This document shows, piece by piece, positions 13,898-24,819 of a stretch of 42,333 nucleotides of DNA. The stretch lies in the NCBI RefSeq assembly GCF_001186125.1, contig NW_014039837.1, positions 5,172 through 47,504 on the forward strand, in the 5' to 3' direction. The position numbers and the translations under genes were made by a program. Source of the stretch: Sphaeroforma arctica JP610 (Eukaryota). Position 1 is the stretch's first letter, and the number at the start of each line of letters is the position of its first letter. The notes beneath the pieces were generated by a model, which had not been told where the DNA came from, ran no database searches, and was given only the letters and a program-made list of their open reading frames with translations.

Positions 13898-14058
13898 ACC
13901 TGCTCGGGTCATATAGTGATTTACCGCTTAGGGCGGGAACCTTTTTTCTACTCTTGACATGGTGTCATATTGCTTGTGACATGACACTGTTCAGTTCGTA
14001 TGTATACCGAACTGTATATATTCTTGAGATGACACTGACTGATTTGATATGTCCAACA
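13898..14058 (-). repeat. Copia 3' LTR (outer ~45-50 bp missing), preceded by a PPT (TCAGGGGAG on minus, 14059-14067)
   Basis: Aligns to 21363-21516 with about 10 substitutions and 2 indels over ~150 bp (manual count). Begins TGTTGG on the minus strand. Confidence 0.9.
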
Positions 14059-14069
14059 CTCCCCTGAAA

Positions 14070-15600
14070 TCACTAGGTGGTGAATCGAGAGAATGCAATC
14101 GGATCGGGAATGGGTAGGACGTGCAGTGGATTTGGTTAAAATATCGGCTTGGTTGTCGGCAGGCGAGACGAATTTCATCGAGATGACGGCATTGTCCTGT
14201 AGTTCCTTTATGTAGTGCACCCGGATATCAATGTGTTTCAGGTGCTTCGTGGGGCCAGTGGAGGCGATAGCATGGATGGCCGACTTGTTGTCACATTGGA
14301 GGACTGTAGGGGAAGTTTGTGGGAAGCCTAATTCTGCAAGGGCATTTCATAGCCATTGGTTATGCTTAGCTGCCTCAGAAGCAGCAAAATAACCCGATTC
14401 GGCCGAACTAGTGGATAGTGTCTTCTGCCTGTGTGATTTCCATGCAACGGAAATCCGATTGATGCGGAGGACATATTCTGTGAGAGTACGACGAGTATCA
14501 GGGCAGCCGGCATAGTCGGCGTCAGAAATAGCGTCAGCGATGGGGGGTCCCTGTTGGTATTTATATATGAGGCCAAGATGTGATGTACCTTTCAGGTAAT
14601 AGAGAATACGTTGCGGAGCAAGCCAGTGTTGCTGGGAGGGGTTCTCCATGTAGCGGGCTAATGTATTGAGGGCATAGCTCATATCAATACGCGTGAGTAC
14701 AGAGAGATGCTGGAGCGTGCCGATCAATTCATGGTATGCACACATGTGGCGAGAACCGGTATTGTTAGTTAATATATCTTGTGTTACCGGGGATGGTGCA
14801 GGGTGACTCAGCTAGTTCGAAGGTATTTAATGCGTCACGGATGTAGCTGTCTTGCACTAAGCTAATGAAATCCGACACTGTGAGTACGCGGCCTAACAGC
14901 CCACTGGGTGTACCTAAGTCTTTACAATTGAACTCGGCTTGAAGAAGTGACTTAAGGTGATCGACATCGGATGGTCGAAGGCCACAAATAAGGAGATCAT
15001 CAACGTAGAGGAAGACAAAGCACTTTAGGTTGTCACTATCGACAACGAATAAGCAAGGGTCGCAAGCAGCTTGACGGAACCCCATGCCGAGCAGTTTGTA
15101 TTTGATGAGTGCATGCCATAAGCGGCCGGACTGTTTAAGTCCATACAGGCACTTTTTGAGCTCGAGCACACAGTCCGCAGGAACCCCCATGGCATCAGTA
15201 CCGGGAGGTGGTTTCATGTAGATAGGCTCATCAAGAACGGCGTAAAGGTATGCTGTGTCGACATCCATTTGAGCAACATGCCAACCTTGGGAAGCGGCGA
15301 CGGCAAGTAAAGTTCGCAATGTATCATGGCTGCATGTAGGGGCATGGGTTTCGTTAAAGTTGATACCCTTTGTTTGTGTAAAACCGCGAGCACAAAGGCG
15401 TGATTTGCACTTGTCGACGATACCATTGATGAGTTTGACTTTGAACACCTATTTACTAGATACCACAAAGGCATCATCGGGAACCTCGTCAGGCTGCAAG
15501 AGGTCGTATGTGCCGGCCTGTGTGAGGCTGTCAAGTTCCCTTTGAATGGAAACACGCCATAAGTCAGCATCCGGGCCCTTGAGCGCGGCACGGATAGTCG
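14070..15600 (-). pseudogene. Copia reverse transcriptase + RNase H (frameshifted)
   Basis: RT motifs CKSRLCARGFTQ, QMDVDTAYL, LKKCLYGLKQSGRLW, LYVDDLL. RH motifs SDADYAG, WKSHRQKTLSTSSAE, QCDNKSAI, KHIDIRVHYIKE, NQADILTK. Confidence 0.95.
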
Positions 15601-16705
15601 TCGGGGTAAGTGGATGTTCTTGGACTTTGAGACAGGCACTATAGATTCGATGAACAGTGTCGTTATAAGCGGCCTGTTTTGTGGCAATAGTAGTGGTGTG
15701 TGGTTCGCGTGGGGAGGGTGGACAGGTGAGAGTGATGGGTTGTACTATGCCATCAACATCGTCATCGTCACTGGGAAAGTGGAGTCGGATTGGTTGTTGT
15801 AGCGCGGAAAGTGCCTTGTGTGTGCTAGTGCGGGTTTGTCGGCATGGTTCTGGCGTTTCGTCCGTTTAACATTTACAAGGGATCGCAAGTATTTTTGGCG
15901 AAGGTTGTACTCTTTGATGGACAGGGCCTGAGGGCATGCTGATGGATTGGTCGGTGGCTGGAATGTAAGTATGCCATTGTTCTCCATATCACAGGCCCAC
16001 GATACATGTTTGGGCTGGGGAAAGAGGTGGTGGCGTGCTCCCCTGGAAGCGAGGCGGCGGATGGTGGAGAAGGTGGTGCTAAAGTGGCGGTGAACGTGGC
16101 AACATTAGTGGTGGGGATAGGGTCCTGATGCATTGGATCAACGGTAAGGTGAGACGGTGCGGGTGCGTGCGCTGATGACTCCCCTGAAATGGAGGAAGTG
16201 AGAGGATGATTACCACTATGTGTGTTTGATTTGTTGTACATACGCATGTTATTGAGTAGGGTGGGCTCCCTTAATGCACCTGTGTTACCACGCGGCTCAA
16301 GTAAGAGATCGCGGAGTGTACGGGATTCAGGATGTCGTTGGATATGTGTGTGGAAAGAGCAGGGTCTGAGTTGGAGGTGGCTTGTGTGGTGGAATATTCA
16401 AGTGGGGTAGGTAGGAGTGGACGTTGTAGATGGGACATCGAAGGTGTGGGTAGAAGGGGACTAGAGGAAGATGCAGCAGGTTTAGTGGTATCCAGAGTGG
16501 TAGTCTGTGTTTGAATGCCACGAGAAGTGGTAGTAGGTGGAGGTGTGGGTCCGGCGGTAGTGTTGCGGGTCGGGTTTAGGGCAAGGGTAAGTTTCCTAAT
16601 TGTCGGAATGTCGTGTGGTGGCGTTGAGAACTGGGGAACCGGAGTGTTGCCTATCATACTTCATGTGGGAAAGACATGGTAATTAAATTTAACATCACGG
16701 GAGTG

Positions 16706-17460
16706 TCAAATTTTACCAGTCTTGAGATTTATAATACGGCATTCATCATAGTATGTTGATTGACGGTCGTGTCCAAGGTAGACGCCTATGTTGGCGCGGT
16801 CGTCAAGTTTGTCTGTACGGGATTGGTTAATAAAGACCACCTGACAGACAAAAGGGTGGATGTGTTTGATGCGGTCAGTGGGTTTGAAGCCCCAGAAAAT
16901 CTCCCATGAGGATTTGTTGTCTTTGTTATGTTTGTTATGATGAACGGACATTTTAAGGGCGGCAAATTGTATGGCTTCACCCCACATGTTCGGCGGCATA
17001 TTGGCTTGTTTCATGTCGCTGAGCGTGATGTCATATATGGCGCCGTTAGCGCCTTCGACCAAGCTATGCAATGGTGGTGTGGCAGTAGGTACATATCGAA
17101 TTTGGACATGTTCCTGTGTGTTGATGTTATTGAACGTGTGGGAGACAAACTCGCCGCCCCTATCACATTTGAGTTCGCGTAATTTGGCGAGATAATCTTT
17201 ACCAATATAGGTATAGAATCGATCAAGCACTGTGATCGCAACGTCTTTGTGTTTGAGGTTGTAAACGAGTGTGTAGCCGCTGTTAGCATCAACGAATTTG
17301 ATGTCGCATGTATAGCCACTTGGAGTCGTTGGCAAACCGGTATGAAGATCAACATGAAAACCGGTACCTACAGGCGGACGTGTGTCGTCATCTTTGTTAA
17401 TGTGTCGCACTGGACGGCGTCGCATCTTGCCTTTGACACATGGTGTACAGAAGGTAAGAT
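16706..17460 (-). pseudogene. Copia integrase (CC half of zinc finger, DDE core, C-terminal region)
   Basis: FCTPCVKGK, FHVDLH, FVDANSGYT, KCDRGGEF, LVEGAN, MWGEAI, KLDDRANIGVYLGH. Confidence 0.93.
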
Positions 17461-17534
17461 TGGTAGGATGGGCAAGCGCGTCAGCTTCGGCAGTCAATAA
17501 GTCTATCGTAGGTGGTACAGCATGCTTGATGTTT

Positions 17535-17960
17535 CCAACACGAGCAATACATATGTAGCGCCATTTTGGGAGTCCAACGACGGTGGTGCCATGTTCTAGA
17601 AAAGTGTCCGCAGTAGTACGGATGACCTCGACATGTGAGTGTAATTGTCGCAATGTCTGGTTATAATTTTGGTGTTAGGCATAAGTGGAAAAACCATAGT
17701 GATTAGGCCATTCTCTTTGTCGAGTTTATCGAGTGTGTTACGCCATGTTGTTCGTGTGAATGGTATATTGCCATATAAACGTTTGTCTGGTTAGTGCCAT
17801 CATTACGCGAATGCGTCGTAAAGTGGTGCATCATCGTTGAGCCCGGAATACATCGACACTTGAGCATTGTTGGCATCGGCGAGCAAATCTATGTCTACTG
17901 GTCCGAAGACGGTTGTTACATGTTTAGTCAAGAGTTCCGGGTTGAGCATCCAATTAGTGT
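17535..17960 (-). pseudogene. DIRS/Dam-like DNA N6-adenine methyltransferase domain embedded in copia pol
   Basis: Manual translation: NWMLNPELL..VFGPVDIDLLADANNAQVSMYS..YDAFA**WH*PDKRLYGNIPF..LDKL..ITMVFPL..(frameshift)..TFL..VGLPKW. This matches the pattern W.L.P..F...GP.D.DLFA...N....Y.S...DAF...W....Y.NPPF...L.K...V.P of DIRS methyltransferase domains. Confidence 0.75.
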
Positions 17961-18027
17961 GAGATGATTTTGTTTGAATTGTAGGCATGATTTTGTTTTG
18001 GAGAATTGTATCAGTGGACTTATCACT

Positions 18028-18455
18028 ATGACCCAGTCGGTTGTGCCACTCGGTGGCTGTGTTTGTTACAAGAGTTGTTAATGAATATTGTCCATAGTGA
18101 ATAGGGATAGTGTGGAGTTACTTAGTATCCTTAAGGATGTGACATTCCGGTGGTGTATCAGCATGTGCTGCTGCCGGAAATGTACATCATATCCATGTTG
18201 TTGTAAAAGTTGGACTGAAAGTATATTCTGTGCGGCCGTAGGTACAATGAGTACAGGGCCGAGACCTGGAATCGTTCCTCGTTGTCGTAGAACTATCTGG
18301 CTCTTATTGGGAAACTCAACGATGAATTGGCCTGTCTCTAAATTGTGAACGCCATCGGTGGTCGTCCTGATGTGTACCATGGCGTCAGAGTCGATGAGGG
18401 AAGGGATGAGATGGTTATGTACGGGATTTTCAGGGATGTTTTGGAGTATATTCAA
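18028..18455 (-). pseudogene. Copia aspartic protease and HH half of the integrase zinc finger
   Basis: LIDSDAMVH (cf. DSGAxxH), VLIVP..NILSVQLLQQHGYDVHF; then EWHNRLGH at 18051-18028 after a frameshift. Confidence 0.85.
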
Positions 18456-19398
18456 TTTACAGTGGCATTTGAGTTGCTCACTGGTAGTGGAGTAATGGGC
18501 ATCTATATCGGTATAGGGTGTATAAGATATGCTATGAGTATTATGATCACCCTGACGTATGGCCCCGTACCTTCAGTTTTGCATGCAAGCTGCAGCGTTA
18601 TGTCCTGTTTTGCCGCATTTGGGGTTGGTACAGTGGAGTGTGCTTCTATCAATCGGACACTTGTTGCCCTTGTGATCTTTAGAACCACGCTTGCGGCATA
18701 TGGATTTGGACAGCCATGAATACTATGTCCAAGTTCGTCACCTATTGGACATTTGATATCCCGAGGCTTTCTTGTAGTGGTAGGTGCGGAGTGGATACCT
18801 TTTGATGTGATGAATGCATTGATACCAGATGGGCTGTTGTTGATCTGAAGCTGATAATCGCCTTCATACTTCAAGGTGGGTCTGTAGACCTCACTAATGT
18901 CAAGTTTGGTTATATCCATGGCAAAGATTGTAGACCGAAGTAGGTGATATTCATCACCGAGGCTGTATAATAGCACACAGATGAGATATTTGTCTGGGAT
19001 GTGTTCACCAACATCTAGGAGACTTTGTCTTAGTTCCTCTAGCTGTTACGTACTTTGTTCAGTGGAGCCAGTAGCCGTAAATGTGGTGAGGCGTACATTG
19101 ATTTAGGGTAATGGTTATGGTAAACAGTGGTAACCAATTCCTCTTTGATTGAGTCTATCATTATACGTCGGCATCGGGCATTGGCTAGCGTGTCGACACC
19201 ACAAAGCTGCTCACACACAGTCGGGATGAAGTCGATGAAGAACTCCGAAGTGCGCAAGTTCCATTTTAAGACCCACGATCCATTTACTAAGGCTTTCTCA
19301 GTTTGCAAGTTTAGTACGGTTGTAAATGTCTTTGTACTTGGGGCACTCAGAAAGGGGAACACCTGGGTCGGTGGGGGTAATACCATATTTTTCGGCAT
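18456..19398 (-). pseudogene. Copia gag remnant with degenerate zinc knuckle
   Basis: LLYSLGDEYHLLRSTI (UBN2-like gag segment) and KCPIGDELGHSIHGCP (decayed CX2CX4HX4C), lying directly upstream of the protease. Confidence 0.7.
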
Positions 19399-19482
19399 AG
19401 CATGATGAATCTATTTTTATAAGGATAATATTATTTATTTCAAAGCAGTTAAGTTACAATGTTTGTACATATGGTATGGCTC

Positions 19483-21116
19483 TCATAGCCGTTGTAGTGG
19501 TTCGGGGAAGATCGATGGGAAGAAGTGGTCAGTATATTCTCTGTTGAAGCTTGGACCAAGTGAGTCGACAATGGAGAATATGCGCTGGGTCAATTCAGGC
19601 CGGTGCTGACAAAAAACTGACACCATCGAGTGTGCCACGTATTCGCTTTCTGACCTACTAAATAGCGTACCCACCTCTGTGGTTCGGATCGGGTCTTTAT
19701 CGTGTAGTGCTGTGGAATGGGTTAGTGCAGAGTACGAAATGCCAAGTAGGACCAGGTTATCCGTCATAATTCGGTTGAGGAGCGAGGTTGGGGGTGGACC
19801 GATGCCGCACCAGACCATGGATGCACTCGGTATGTGCTGGTTTGCCTGTATTGGAAGTATCATGGGCGGAACCAACAGGCGCGATGAATTGGTTTGGACC
19901 AAAATTTGGAAGTAGTACTTCAACAGCGTGATTAGCCGGAGTATAGGAAACATCTGTTGATATGTCAGAGACGGGTGTGGGTACAGGGGTTGTTCTACAT
20001 GCTGGAGAAAAGATCCAAGGTGTTCGTGGAGGGTCCAGATACCATGGAAGTCGTGGCGCCCCTGTAGTTGCTGGAGGAGATCAGAGCCAATGAGAGGCAG
20101 TTTTGGGCCTACCAGGATGCATTGGATCAGTTGCTGGATGCAGGCAAAGTGGTTGGTGGTGAAGTTTTGGCCACCGGGGCAGACAGGGCAGAGACAGCCG
20201 TCAGTGCGGTAGTCGAGAAATGTGAACATGTCCGTATTTGTTACAATCATAGCACAGAACCGGATTGGTGTAGGCTCGAAGCAGCGGTTGAAGCTGTCGT
20301 GTCTGGCTTTGTCCCGATCTGAGGTTGGCTGTTTGCCCATGACCAATTGGTAGTAGTATTGACGCCGGGCCATTGCCGCGATCGCCTTGTTGGACCAGCG
20401 TTTCGTTGATTTTTTTTTCTAATGTCGTCACATCGTCGGCGGAGGGCTACATGATCTGGTGTACGCTCGTCCGTGGTTTTGTATACAGTCTTCAAGTGGG
20501 CATATATACTCTATGGGAAGCGCAGTGAGGGGTTGTCGTGGGCCCAGGCGGGTTGCGTCAGAGGCGTGAGTGGGTTTGTGCTGGCCATTGAGTCGAGTTG
20601 CAGTCCCACCGGAGCTTTTAAGTTTGGCGATTCTGTCCAAGGCCTATTGTAATTCAATACGAGTAGTATCAAGCTCGAGTTGAAGAGCAGAGTAATTATC
20701 GGTAGACTTCTCGGATTGCTCGAGAGATGTGATTGGGCTTCTGTTAGACGATCTGTTAGTTGTTTGTGATCGATTTGTAGTGATTCGTGTTTGGCTAGAA
20801 GCACTTTGTGTTCGTCACCTAACTGCACATTATGACGTTTGCAGTTATCGATACCAGTTTGAATATCTTTGCGATTTTTGTTTGCAAGATATAGATCACT
20901 ACGCGCCATTGTACGATGTGGTATTGTTTTTGCAGTAGAGCCAAATATTTCATCATAGGAGATGCTAAGATCCTTGATGACGTTGTTGATGGCATCCATG
21001 TGACCATTGGCGGATTCGAGAGAGGTGTATACTGGTAGTTCTGGCCAGAATTCTCTCGCAAAAGCTTGTGCCTCGCTGAGAAAAGTGATAGCTTTGGGCC
21101 AGTTGATCACCTCCAT
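19483..21116 (-). pseudogene. Extra ORF of unknown function between the PBS and gag (broken into 201-, 70- and 296-aa segments)
   Basis: Long same-strand ORF pieces inside the LTRs, with an N-terminal coiled-coil-like stretch (LLAKHESLQIDHKQLTDRLTEAQ) and a CLCPVC motif. A short AT-rich spacer separates it from gag. Confidence 0.6.
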
Positions 21117-21298
21117 TTTGTTACGTGTGAGATTGATTGATTAAGTATGTTAAGTATTATGAACTGTAATCAATCTGTGGAGTTGTTGAGTGTCTGTGTA
21201 GTAGGGTTGTTTTAGTCGATCCGACTTGCTGTCTATGTAGTGTTTAGTATAAGTTACTATTTAGCTGTATGTTTGACTTACTATCGTGTGAAATTCGA

Positions 21299-21309
21299 GG
21301 CCCACAACC
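21299..21309 (-). promoter_or_regulatory. Primer-binding site, copia/Ty5 half-tRNAiMet type (GGTTGTGGGCC)
   Basis: Immediately follows the 5' LTR's terminal ..AACA on the minus strand and resembles GGTTATGGGCC of Drosophila copia. Confidence 0.75.
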
Positions 21310-21516
21310 TGTTAGATGAATGTAAACAGATAAGAAGTAAATTCATTTGATTACCCAACTGAGGTCATACAGTGTTTTACCGCTTAGGGCAGGAATCTTT
21401 TTTTCTACTCTTGACATGGTGTCATATTGCTTGTGACATAACACCGTTCAGTTCATATGTATACCGAGCTGTATATATTCTTGAGATTGACACTGACTGA
21501 TTTGTTATATCCAACA
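21310..21516 (-). repeat. Copia 5' LTR, 207 bp, TG..CA
   Basis: Plus strand tgttag...ccaaca; homologous to 13898-14058. Confidence 0.92.
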
Positions 21517-22645
21517 AGAGGTAACAGCTATGAGAGTGGTTAGCATCGATAGGCAAATCACGGCTGACAGATATTGCTAAACTCTACTGTGCTGGCGAGT
21601 ATACTCCGACTGCAAAATGTGAACAAACATAATTCAAGGGTGCGGTGTTTGCAAACCACTACAGATATTCAAACACACATATGTACCTATTACTCGGAAC
21701 AGGTGATATTAGATCCCGATAGTTACAAAATCAAATATGCTAAAATTCTGGTAAGCCAACATACAAAAAAAATATGACAAGTCCGCACTTCGCCACAGAT
21801 TGCAGTAGCGTTTCAGCACCATGAATCAAAATGTATTAGTATGCCTCTACTAGCTTGTGCACCGTAGATGGACGCTGTATATTTCACAGTGCTAATACTG
21901 TGATCTCAGAATGTCGGTCGGATGGAGAATAACGCAAAGATTGAAGTAGGAGAAGAATGCATTGGACATCCAGTCCTCGAAGGCTACTATTTTTAGCACA
22001 GCAAGCAGCGTATGGAAAACCCCATAAATACAGCTCTGATCTTGATCTTACATTAACGTCAAACAAATATATCCTATGCATAAGTGAGCTAAGTAAGTAG
22101 AATGAACGCCCGGGGAATCGTAGGTAATTGAGAAATCCCTGGCCACGTTCGTAGTTGAAAGGCCTCGTACTGCATCCAGATTACACGACCAATTGATTGC
22201 TGCTGTGTACGGTACAAAGAGTATCAGAGGTAACAGCTATGAGAGGGATTCGCATCGATAGACAAATCACGACTGACAATATCATAATATAATTTGAATT
22301 ATTATTGTAAGGCAAAATATTTTGGAATCTACGCCGTATACACTGGAGTTATAACGATGATATTACACAGTTCTATCACCTGAGAAAAAGTGATGCATAG
22401 GACCATAGACTACCGATTATTAAAGCTTCAATTTCAATAAACATGTTTTTGCAACAAATTGCAAATTTTTATATAGATATTCTTCATATAAACTTCAATG
22501 TTTTATACTTCTGTTTTTATAATAGGAGAGATGATATCTGCTAGATTAAAGCATACGTCAGCCACGATACAGAAAAACTGTAAATCTACAAGCTTTACTT
22601 TGTCCGCTGACATTTTTAAAGATCTTCGCACGTCGGTTTTTCCTT
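21517..22645. mobile_element. Continuation of ISL2EU-like copy 1: 3' part of the nuclease ORF (SWIM segment deleted) and C-terminus of the transposase (minus)
   Basis: Colinear with ~25425-26392. The minus-strand KMSADKVKLVDL matches KMSADEVKLVDL of 26257-26640. Confidence 0.8.
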
Positions 22646-23206
22646 TATGACTCTGATCTACGAATATTTTTACTCCGGTAACAAAACATCGGACGAAGGA
22701 ACAACGGAGGCCCATGTATCATATAGATGGCTATTGCTATTCACACCAATCGAAAGACATGAATAGCTAGAGGATGCATTATAAAGACGATCCCCCATTG
22801 GAGCGACATTCATAGCACATCTGGTTCCCCTTCTATGTACGTTTCCCTAACAGACACCTATCCGTAACCCCAAGCTATTTATAGCACGGCGCGCCCTTTT
22901 CTGGTTGCCCCTTGCTCATTGGTTCTCAGCCAAGTTAAATTTATTCAAACCCTGAAAACCCCAAAATTCGAACTGTGATGTTTTTTTCTGACCTTATTTA
23001 TTCTATTATTTCTGATCCTATTTATTTACAAACTACGTTCACGAATACTGCTATACTATTGCATCGCATCTGTTAGTCTGTTTGAGCATCATGAGCGGCC
23101 CTGGGTCGGGGGTACGTCCCCCACCGATGTAGCAGCGTGTAATATAACTATTGCCTCACAGGAAACAGGCGTTGACTGGCAGTTCTGGCCGTGCGAGTTA
23201 CCTGAT

Positions 23207-23600
23207 CATCGTCGTAAACGTAAGAAGTGTTCTATTTGCAAACGATGTAGAGGTTGTACACCTCCATGTGTGGCCAAAAGAAACGAAGATGTAGTTTGCA
23301 CAACTGATGATTGTTGTTGTAGTAGAGATATACACGCTGATCCTAACAGGAGAGGTAAACAGAAGACCAAAAGAAAGGCATCATAGGGCCCTATACGGAC
23401 ATCGAAAAGAGCAAGGAAGGAAGTTGTGGACGTCGAACCAGATAAAAATGATATTGACAATGGTATAGAAGCTAATCAACAAGCCGAACAGTAGCAGAAT
23501 ATTACAGACCTCTACTCATTACTCGGTGTCACGTCGAAGCCTGCTGATTATATTATGTCTCACGCAGCGATGTCAACGGAAATAAGTTTGTGTGTAAGGA
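23207..23600 (+). pseudogene. Decayed Cys-rich ORF inside the nested element
   Basis: HRRKRKKCSICKRCRGCTPPCVAKRNEDVVCTTDDCCCSRDIH.., continuing in frame through two TAG stops. Confidence 0.45.
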
Positions 23601-23845
23601 ATATTATTCCGCCTAACTTACTTACTTTGTGCTTATCTAAAAGATCGACAGCTCCTTGCGCATGCCCAGACCTTTTAGATATCAGAATCTTCCCGATTCC
23701 TTTCTTGTACTGGTGGTATTACTACGTTTGTTTGTATTATATCTTCAGCTATAGTCGTTGGATCTTCAGTCTTGTCTAAGGTAACAGTAACAACAGGGAC
23801 TAACGCTCGCTCTATGACACCGTCACTGTGTGTTTGTTTATGCCT

Positions 23846-24151
23846 TTAACTGCTGATCGGATTTGATTCACGTCCCGGTGTGCCATCTACCGGCCTGTTT
23901 TCCACCACAAAGGAACTAGCCTTCCGTTTAGAGAGTTTCAGCTTAGGGAGTCTGCCTATTCTAAGGATTTTTCCTCCCTTATAGTCTCTCATATCCTTCT
24001 TCTGATCAAAGTGTGTACTGCATACTTTGAGGACCTTGTAATCCTCCATGCGACCATCTAACGTCTCCCGCCATGCCTCTCGCCATCTGTGTAGTGGGAT
24101 CTCATCCCACATCAGACCGTATTCTGAAACACAACAACGACCGCCTGACAT
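23846..24151 (-). pseudogene. THAP zinc-finger domain remnant
   Basis: MSGGRCCVSEY..IP..REAW..KVCSTHF..LRIGRLPKL fits the THAP C2CH pattern, with the second Cys mutated. Confidence 0.7.
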
Positions 24152-24253
24152 CTTCCTCAACTCAAAGCTGTCTAAGGTATATCTATAAGTGTGCACGTTT
24201 GCATTGTTGGAGTATGTATGTTTATGTGTAAAATTAAGTAAAACTAGGTACAA

Positions 24254-24342
24254 TAGTCAAGTTGTAGTCAGATCGTAGTCAAATCGTAGTCAAGTCGTAG
24301 TCAAACGTAGTCAACCCGTGGTCAACCCGTAGTCAACTCGTA
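24254..24342. repeat. ~8 tandem 10-11 bp units (gtagtcaaNNc), subterminal in the nested element
   Basis: Directly visible. Confidence 0.85.
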
Positions 24343-24565
24343 TTTTTTTCTGTTATTTTTGAAAAAATGTCAAATTGTAGGTAGGTTTGCTTCACGTGCC
24401 CTTGACGCCGTTGTAGTCGTAGTAACGGGTACTATAGTGTAGCGTCATAGTCGTATTGATGCCCACTATCGATTGGTGCAATAATATATAGTGTCCAATT
24501 AATAGCCGGATATAGCCATATATAAGCATCGTTTGATACGTGACTATTTCTCACAGATCAGGGTC

Positions 24566-24810
24566 TTCAGATGAATACGGGAAAATGCAATCTTCATCGT
24601 CTCGATTTCTGTTTCATTGTAAATTGGCCATCTTTTGATAGCATCGATGTTAGTTTATACTGTACTATATCCGATACCAGCTCATCAATATGGAACCCTT
24701 ATCCCTCACGCAGCTACATCCTGCCCGTAGTTATCCCGTTAGGCTTTTTGGCACAATACTGATATTTTTTTAACACTGATTTTGCCTGGATATAAAGACG
24801 AAGGAAGGTA
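24566..24810 (-). pseudogene. Transposase DDE fragment of ISL2EU-like copy 1
   Basis: Colinear with 26393-26635 (tgtaaattggccatcttttga.agcatc; ggctttttggcacaat). Confidence 0.8.
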
Positions 24811-24819
24811 AAAAATTAC

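Larger units (their letters stand above)
13898..21516 (-). mobile_element. Ty1/copia LTR retrotransposon, degenerate, ~7.6 kb
   Basis: Two LTRs, PBS, PPT and the copia domain order gag-PR-IN-RT-RH on the minus strand, with multiple stops and frameshifts. Confidence 0.95.
22649..24565. mobile_element. Internally deleted THAP-containing DNA transposon inserted in the copy-1 transposase
   Basis: Terminal inverted repeats gactctgatct (22649) / agatcagggtc (ends 24565), plus decayed subterminal inverted matches (catgtatca, atggctat, caccaatcga). The host transposase sequence breaks at ~22645 and resumes at ~24566. The TSD is not clean. Confidence 0.65.

Noticed and set aside
15600..16700. Pro/Thr-rich ORFs as separate genes
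   Set aside because: They occupy the variable integrase-RT linker of the copia polyprotein.
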